64,000 nt of DNA, taken from the NCBI GenBank assembly GCA_964467385.1, contig CAYXQC010000003.1:37798-101797 (forward strand), given 5' to 3'. Of this stretch, positions 58,786 to 64,000 are shown piece by piece; the stretch's first letter is position 1; every line of letters starts with the position of its first letter. The stretch comes from an uncultured Candidatus Saccharibacteria bacterium. GTDB taxonomy: Bacteria; Patescibacteriota; Minisyncoccia; Phycocordibacterales; CAIZLB01. Both the position numbers and the translations under genes were made by a program. The notes beneath the pieces are model-generated. The model was not told where the DNA came from and made no database searches. It saw only the letters and a list, made by a program, of their open reading frames with translations.

Positions 58786-59223
58786 CTATGCAATTTTACC
58801 ACCAGCTTTTTCAATAGAAGCCTTGGCTGAAGCTGAGATTTCACAAGCTCGTACTGTAAGGGCTACAGCTACATCGCCAGTACCGAGGAGTTTTACTCGT
58901 GGGAATCGGCCATTGATTGTAGAAATCACACCTTTTGAAACAAGAGCTGAAGGAGAGACAATTTCCCCAGCCTTAAATACTGATAGTACAGAAATATCAA
59001 GTGTTACAGGCTTAGTCTGGATAGATTTGTTTGAATTAACACCACGACCTCGAAGCTTTGGAAGTCGCTTGATCATATCTCGAATTTCAGGTCGGATCTT
59101 GTGACCAGCTCGAGCCTTTTGACCTTTTGTACCTCGGCCAGAAGTTTTACCTCGCTTGCCTCCTCGGCCAACTTGAGTCTTACCTTTATTTTCAGTTTTT
59201 CGTTTTAGTGAGTGAATTTGCAT
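58786..59223 (-). CDS. rplO: 50S ribosomal protein L15
   Basis: Gly/Arg-rich N-terminus GRGGKRGKTSGRGTKGQKARAGH; position after secY. Confidence 0.85.
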   Translation of the reverse strand: MQIHSLKRKTENKGKTQVGRGGKRGKTSGRGTKGQKARAGHKIRPEIRDMIKRLPKLRGRGVNSNKSIQTKPVTLDISVLSVFKAGEIVSPSALVSKGVISTINGRFPRVKLLGTGDVAVALTVRACEISASAKASIEKAGGKIA

Positions 59224-59267
59224 GGTCGTATTTATTAATTAAGCAAGATTATATATCTCAGTTGAAA

Positions 59268-59882
59268 TTATTTGCTGTAAGACCGAGGCTTTTTGAGCAT
59301 CTTCAAAGCTTCGACAGCTGCTCGCGCGTTATTGAGCTTATTTTTTGTACCAGATCGAAGTTTTGCTGTGATGTTCTTGATACCAGCAAGATCGATGACG
59401 TCTCGAACTGAGCTACCAGCTACAACTCCTTTACCTGGAGCAGGCATAAGATGCACTACTGAGCTACCAAGCTTCTTCTGAACTTCGTGAGGGATGCTGC
59501 CTGATTTCGTAAGAGAGAGTGTGATCATGTTCTTCTTAGCGCTTCGAGCAGCTTTGTCTACTGCCATAGCTGTATCACCTCCTTTTCCTGTTCCTACACC
59601 AACTTTACCTTTTCGATCACCAGCAACAAGAGATACGGCGAAGCTAAATCGTCGTCCTCCTGATGCAACTCGAGTCACTCGTCGAATATCGATAATCTTC
59701 TGATCGTACTCAGGTTTAGCTCGTGGTTCTCGCCGTGGACCTCCTCGTTCACCTCCTCGGCCTCGTGGAGCACCTCTTCGTGGAGCAAAACCAGCTCGTG
59801 GAGCTTGAGGATTTGTCTGCGCTGATGCTGAAGGAGCTACTGCAGGGGTTGTTGTATTTGATTCTTGAGTATTTTCTGTCAT
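59268..59882 (-). CDS. rpsE: 30S ribosomal protein S5 (with Arg/Pro/Gly-rich N-terminal extension)
   Basis: IDIRRVTRVASGGRRFSFAVSLVAGD, GSSVVHLMPAPGKGVVAG. Confidence 0.85.
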   Translation of the reverse strand: MTENTQESNTTTPAVAPSASAQTNPQAPRAGFAPRRGAPRGRGGERGGPRREPRAKPEYDQKIIDIRRVTRVASGGRRFSFAVSLVAGDRKGKVGVGTGKGGDTAMAVDKAARSAKKNMITLSLTKSGSIPHEVQKKLGSSVVHLMPAPGKGVVAGSSVRDVIDLAGIKNITAKLRSGTKNKLNNARAAVEALKMLKKPRSYSK

Positions 59883-59894
59883 ATATGTTTTGTA

Positions 59895-60239
59895 TTAAAA
59901 TTCTAGTCCACCTTCTCGTGCACCATCTGCAAGAGCCTTGATTCGACCTGTGTAGATAAATCCACCTCGATCAAATACGATCTTAGAAACTCCTTTTGCT
60001 TTTGCTAGTTTAGCTATTTCAGAACCAACTACTTTAGCAGAAGTTGTCTTGTTACCTTTCTGACCCATAGATGAAGCAGCCGCAAGAGTTACACCCGCTG
60101 TATCGTCGATAAGCTGAGCATATGTTGCTGTATTTGACTTGTACACAGAAAGACGAGGTCGTTCTGCCGTACCTGAAACCTTCGCTCGAATTCGCTTTCG
60201 TCGTCGGTCTCGTGAAATTGTGATTATTGACTGCTTCAT
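59895..60239 (-). CDS. rplR: 50S ribosomal protein L18
   Basis: [46 protein letters not shown]. Confidence 0.85.
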   Translation of the reverse strand: MKQSIITISRDRRRKRIRAKVSGTAERPRLSVYKSNTATYAQLIDDTAGVTLAAASSMGQKGNKTTSAKVVGSEIAKLAKAKGVSKIVFDRGGFIYTGRIKALADGAREGGLEF

Positions 60240-60290
60240 GATTTTATAATTATTTTTATCTTATTGCGTTGATGTGCCGGACTATTTATG

Positions 60291-60824
60291 TTATGCGGCT
60301 TTCTTACCCTGCTTTCGTCGGATAACTTCACCTTCATATCGGAATCCTTTACCCTTATATGGTTCAGGTTTCTTCAAAGCTCGGATCTGTGATGCAAACT
60401 GGCTTGTAACTTCCTTGTCAGCACCTGTAATAGTAACAATACCCTTTTCAGATGTAACAGTAACTCCTGCTGGAATTTCTTTTTTAACAGGATGTGAGAA
60501 GCCGAGGGCCATGTTAAGAGTTGAGCCCTGAACATCAGCTTTGTATCCAATACCTTCAAGGATAAGTTTTTCAGTGTAGCCTTCATTTACACCTTTGATC
60601 ATGTTCTTGATATGAGATGCGTATGTACCCCAAAGTGCTGTAGTAGCAATATCGTTTTTCTGTGGTACGAGAGTAATTTCAGAACCATTGATATTGATAG
60701 CAATGACAGATTTGAAATTTCGCTTAAGTTCAGCTTTTGGTCCTTTCACAGTCAACACACCATCAAGAAGGGTAACTTCTGTTTTTGCTGGGATTATGAT
60801 GATTTGCTTTCCTACTCGTGACAT
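60291..60824 (-). CDS. rplF: 50S ribosomal protein L6
   Basis: MSRVGKQIIIIPAKTEVTL... two-domain L6 pattern. Confidence 0.85.
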   Translation of the reverse strand: MSRVGKQIIIIPAKTEVTLLDGVLTVKGPKAELKRNFKSVIAININGSEITLVPQKNDIATTALWGTYASHIKNMIKGVNEGYTEKLILEGIGYKADVQGSTLNMALGFSHPVKKEIPAGVTVTSEKGIVTITGADKEVTSQFASQIRALKKPEPYKGKGFRYEGEVIRRKQGKKAA

Positions 60825-60871
60825 GTTGGTTGTTTAAGTTAATTAATGTTTATTATGATTGTGTTGATCGA

Positions 60872-61261
60872 CTACCACATTTTGAAAAGAGGCTCTCCTC
60901 CAACTTTTGCTTTTCGAGCTTCTGCATCTGTCATTACACCCTTTGGAGTTGTAAGAACAAGGATACCGTAGCCGTTTCGCACACCATGCACATCAGCTGC
61001 GCTTGTGTATAGTCTTCGTGAGTTTTTTGAGATCTGCTGCACACCTTCAATCTTTGACTTACCATCTTCGTATGCGAGTTCAATTTCAAGAGTTTTAATA
61101 GCTTTTTTGCCTTTCTTTGAGAAAGACTTGATGTAGCCAGTTTTTTCGAGAGTCTTAAGAATCTCTTCTGTATAGTTTGAATGAGGAAGTGAAAGAATCT
61201 CCTTGCCGGCAAGGTTAGAAACTTTAAGGTTATGGATGAGTTGTGAAATTTTGTCTACCAT
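60872..61261 (-). CDS. rpsH: 30S ribosomal protein S8
   Basis: Conserved S8 C-terminus GYGILVLTTPKGVMTDAEARKAKVGGEPLFKMW. Confidence 0.85.
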   Translation of the reverse strand: MVDKISQLIHNLKVSNLAGKEILSLPHSNYTEEILKTLEKTGYIKSFSKKGKKAIKTLEIELAYEDGKSKIEGVQQISKNSRRLYTSAADVHGVRNGYGILVLTTPKGVMTDAEARKAKVGGEPLFKMW

Positions 61262-61440
61262 GATGCTTTTTTAATACCTGGAATAAGACCTTCATTTGCA
61301 GCCTCTCGGAAGCAGATTCGGCACATGTCAAAGTCTCGCATGTAGCCTCGTCCTCGACCACATCGAAAACATCGTCGAGTTACTCGACTCTTGAATTTCG
61401 GTGTCTTTTTTGATCGTGCTACTGTTGATGTCTTTGCCAT
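61255..61440 (-). CDS. rpsN: 30S ribosomal protein S14 type Z (zinc-binding)
   Basis: 61 aa with CFRCGRGRGY...CRICFRE cysteine pairs. Confidence 0.85.
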   Translation of the reverse strand: MAKTSTVARSKKTPKFKSRVTRRCFRCGRGRGYMRDFDMCRICFREAANEGLIPGIKKASW

Positions 61441-61476
61441 AATTTTGATTAAATGTGTTCGTTGATGCTAACAATT

Positions 61477-62031
61477 CTACTTCGCTGTGTCAATCTTCTT
61501 GAAGAGAAAACCGAGGAGTTTTAATACTTCTTCAGTTTCCGCCTTTGTCTTTGCTGTAGTTACGATATTAACAGCAAAACCAAACACATCCTTAATATCC
61601 TCATCCGCTGTTTCAGGGAAAACTGTGTGTTCCTTGATACCGAGCGTGTAGTTACCCATAGCATCGATTGACTTAAGCTCAATACCTCGAAAGTCTCGAG
61701 TTCGAGGAAGTGCAATATTCACAAGTTTTTCAAGGAAGCTCCACATTCGTTCACCACGAAGAGTAACCTGCCAACCTACCGCATCACCCTGTCGAACTTT
61801 GAATGAAGCAATGGATTTCTTTGCAGATTTAACAGTTGCTTTCTGACCAGCGATTTTTGTAAGTCGGTCTCCAATAAGAGCTTTTCGCTTTTGATCCTTG
61901 ATAGAACCGGTAGTTGAAGAAAGAGTTACCTTTACTATTTTTGGAGCCTGAAGAGGATTTTTGTAACCAAATTTCCCTTTCATTGCTTCGTAAAATCCTG
62001 CTTGTTTTTGTTTTGCTGTATCGTGTTTCAT
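61477..62031 (-). CDS. rplE: 50S ribosomal protein L5
   Basis: Conserved L5 blocks (...GYKNPLQAPKIVKVTLS..., RDFRGI). Confidence 0.85.
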   Translation of the reverse strand: MKHDTAKQKQAGFYEAMKGKFGYKNPLQAPKIVKVTLSSTTGSIKDQKRKALIGDRLTKIAGQKATVKSAKKSIASFKVRQGDAVGWQVTLRGERMWSFLEKLVNIALPRTRDFRGIELKSIDAMGNYTLGIKEHTVFPETADEDIKDVFGFAVNIVTTAKTKAETEEVLKLLGFLFKKIDTAK

Positions 62032-62067
62032 GGCTTTTGTATTATTTCGCTTTTAGCTAGGATTGAT

Positions 62068-62322
62068 CTATTTCTTTGCAACGTTAGAAACGTGAATTGG
62101 AGCTGACCTTTCGATAAGCTGACCTTTCTTATCTTTTGTTCGCGCTTTCTGGTGCTTTTTCTGAAGATTCACGCCTTCAACAACAACACGATCAACCTTA
62201 GGCATAGCCTTGATGACCTTTCCTGTCTTGCCTTTATCCTTTCCGGCAATCACTATTACGTTGTCTCCTTTTTTGATCTTCATGTTGATTTTGTTAATTA
62301 TTGAATGGTTTGAATTTTGCAA
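62068..62322 (-). CDS. rplX: 50S ribosomal protein L24
   Basis: [25 protein letters not shown] motif. Confidence 0.8.
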   Translation of the reverse strand: MQNSNHSIINKINMKIKKGDNVIVIAGKDKGKTGKVIKAMPKVDRVVVEGVNLQKKHQKARTKDKKGQLIERSAPIHVSNVAKK

Positions 62323-62341
62323 CTCTGTTCAGAGTTATAGA

Positions 62342-62722
62342 CTATACGATTTCTGGTGCAAGTGAAGCGATCTTCTGATAGCCTCGTTCTGCGAGTTCTC
62401 GTGGAATTGGACCGAAAATACGACCTGCAAGTGGTTCGGTCTTGTCTTTTCCACCTTTTGTAAGGACAACTACTGCATTTTCATCGAATCGAACGTATGA
62501 ACCGTCTTTTCGTCGGTATGCTTTTCGCTGTCGAACAACTACACCAGTAAGAACGTCCTTTTTCTTCACAGCTTTTCGAGGCTGAGCCTTCTGAACTGAG
62601 AATACTACAGTGTCGCCGATTTCAGCGTATCGCTTTTTTGAGCTGCCAAGCACTTTGAAAATTCGGCCAATTGTTGCTCCTGAGTTATCTGCTATTGAAA
62701 CGAGTGATCGATCTTGAATCAT
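62342..62722 (-). CDS. rplN: 50S ribosomal protein L14
   Basis: MIQDRSLVSIADNSGA... Confidence 0.9.
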   Translation of the reverse strand: MIQDRSLVSIADNSGATIGRIFKVLGSSKKRYAEIGDTVVFSVQKAQPRKAVKKKDVLTGVVVRQRKAYRRKDGSYVRFDENAVVVLTKGGKDKTEPLAGRIFGPIPRELAERGYQKIASLAPEIV

Positions 62723-62741
62723 GGTGGTATTGTTATGCGAT

Positions 62742-62990
62742 TTACGCGATTACGATAAAGTGTTTATCTTTTGAAATAGGTCGACATTCCTCAATAGATA
62801 CCTTGTCACCAATCTTCTTGGTGTTTCCAGGGTTATGAGCCTTATATTTCTTTGTTCGTACAATGTACTTATTGTACTTCGGAGCCTTGATAAATCGTTC
62901 TACCAAAACAGTTGCAGTATCTTTCATCTTGTCAGATACAACAATTCCCTTGAGTACTTTTTTCTTTGTAGTTGTTTGTGCTTTTGTCAT
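62742..62990 (-). CDS. rpsQ: 30S ribosomal protein S17
   Basis: KVLKGIVVSDKMKDTATVLVER...KYKAHN. Confidence 0.85.
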   Translation of the reverse strand: MTKAQTTTKKKVLKGIVVSDKMKDTATVLVERFIKAPKYNKYIVRTKKYKAHNPGNTKKIGDKVSIEECRPISKDKHFIVIA

Positions 62991-62998
62991 GGTAGTGA

Positions 62999-63238
62999 TT
63001 ATTTATTTTCAACTTTAGTTGCTGCAGCTTTCTCAGCGACCGATGCTTTATCAAGAGTTGTAAGAACAGTCATGATCTGCGCGATTTCCTTTCGGATATT
63101 CTTACCTTCTTTTACATTCTTAGTCTTAGAACGAGTGTTGCCAAGCTTGAAAGACTGCAAAGCATCCTTCTTTTCAGTAAGAAGCTTGATGAGATCTTTC
63201 TTGTTTTTATCTGCAATTTTTTGAAATGACTTTGACAT
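62999..63238 (-). CDS. rpmC: 50S ribosomal protein L29
   Basis: Small helical basic protein between rpsQ and rplP. Confidence 0.65.
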   Translation of the reverse strand: MSKSFQKIADKNKKDLIKLLTEKKDALQSFKLGNTRSKTKNVKEGKNIRKEIAQIMTVLTTLDKASVAEKAAATKVENK

Positions 63239-63276
63239 GGCTCGTTCTTTATTTTTATAAATTATATATTCGCGTT

Positions 63277-63699
63277 TTAGTGTGATCGTGCAATGATCTT
63301 TGTCTTCAAAGGAAGCTTTGTGCCAGCCTTTCGGAGAGCTTCTTTTGCCTCAGCATCAATGATGCCGTCTACTTCGAAGATCACTCGACCTGGTCGGATC
63401 TCTACGCAGAATCCCTGTGGATCACCTTTACCCTTACCCATCGGTACTTCGGCAGCCTTTTGTGTCCATGGTCGGTCTGGGAATACTCGAATCCAGATTC
63501 GGCCAGTCTTTCCAGCTGAACGTGCGATAACCTTTCGTGCAGATTCAATCTGATTAGAAGTGATGTGGTTGTATGTGACAGCCTTAAGACCAAATGATCC
63601 GAAGCTAAGGTCAGTACCTCGTGTTTCAGGAGCCAAGAACTTTGGGTTCTGTCGGTTCTTTTGCCATTTTCGGAATTTTACTTTCTTTGGATACAACAT
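63277..63699 (-). CDS. rplP: 50S ribosomal protein L16
   Basis: MLYPKKVKFRKWQKNRQ..., GKGKGDPQGFCVEIRPGRVIFEV. Confidence 0.9.
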   Translation of the reverse strand: MLYPKKVKFRKWQKNRQNPKFLAPETRGTDLSFGSFGLKAVTYNHITSNQIESARKVIARSAGKTGRIWIRVFPDRPWTQKAAEVPMGKGKGDPQGFCVEIRPGRVIFEVDGIIDAEAKEALRKAGTKLPLKTKIIARSH

Positions 63700-63733
63700 G
63701 GTAGTTTAGTTAATCGTAGTGAAAAAACTGATG

Positions 63734-64000
63734 TTATTTATTGAAAACATCACCCTGATAAATCCAGACCTTGATACCGATATTACCGTATGGCAAGTTT
63801 GCTTCATATCGCTTGAAGTCAATATTTGCTCGGAATGTCTGTAGCGGGATTCGACCTTTTTTGAGTTCCTCCTGTCTAGCCATTTCTGCTCCACCGAGAC
63901 GGCCTGAAAGGAAGATTCGAACACCCTTTACCTCTCGACATGCCATAACTTTATCGATCATCTGCTTCATTACTCGTCGGAATGGCATTCGTTTTTCAAG
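63734..64000 (-). CDS. rpsC: 30S ribosomal protein S3, C-terminal part only. The N-terminus lies beyond the window end.
   Basis: [30 protein letters not shown]...[10 protein letters not shown] matches the S3 C-terminal domain; the ORF is open to coordinate 64000. Confidence 0.8.
   Translation of the reverse strand, partial: LEKRMPFRRVMKQMIDKVMACREVKGVRIFLSGRLGGAEMARQEELKKGRIPLQTFRANIDFKRYEANLPYGNIGIKVWIYQGDVFNK

Overview
This is a low-GC bacterial chromosome segment with hallmarks of a CPR/Patescibacteria-like genome, possibly Saccharibacteria-type. It uses the standard code (TGA is a stop), has weak Shine-Dalgarno signals and a spc ribosomal cluster lacking L30. It also encodes type IV pilus, ComF and VirD4-like genes.

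Layout, left to right:
- A type IV pilus operon on the minus strand (pilB truncated at the window edge, a small protein, pilO, pilN, pilM), then a ComF-like gene.
- tRNA-Ser(GCT), whose 3' end (21 bp exact, about 48 bp imperfect) is repeated 13.2 kb downstream.
- Between the repeats, an integrated mobile element that looks GC-richer by eye. It carries a Zn-ribbon plus HEPN-like gene pair and a large serine recombinase behind a palindrome-rich upstream region. It also carries an RPH/PEP-synthase-like phosphotransferase split by one in-frame TAA and tightly followed by a histidine phosphatase. A minus-strand operon ParB-MTase > MTase > TerS > TerL sits downstream of periodic iteron-like repeats. 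No capsid, portal or tail genes are present.
- A repeat-rich non-coding right end with a duplicated promoter-like block flanking a SAM methyltransferase.
- Then membrane and secreted FN3/PG-binding proteins, an ECF sigma / anti-sigma pair, ogt, a MutY-like glycosylase, recG, tRNA-Ile(UAU), ftsH and smpB-ssrA. The tmRNA 3' terminal 20 bp is repeated 176 bp downstream, which reads as an integration scar.
- Then assorted housekeeping genes (zupT, PLD, infC-rpmI-rplT, dehydrogenase, beta-CASP RNase, ndk) and a 986-aa VirD4/TraG-like ATPase.
- Finally the map-adk-(ppaC insertion)-secY-ribosomal protein cluster, running off the window end in rpsC.

All functional calls rest on motif recognition by eye. 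No database searches were run.
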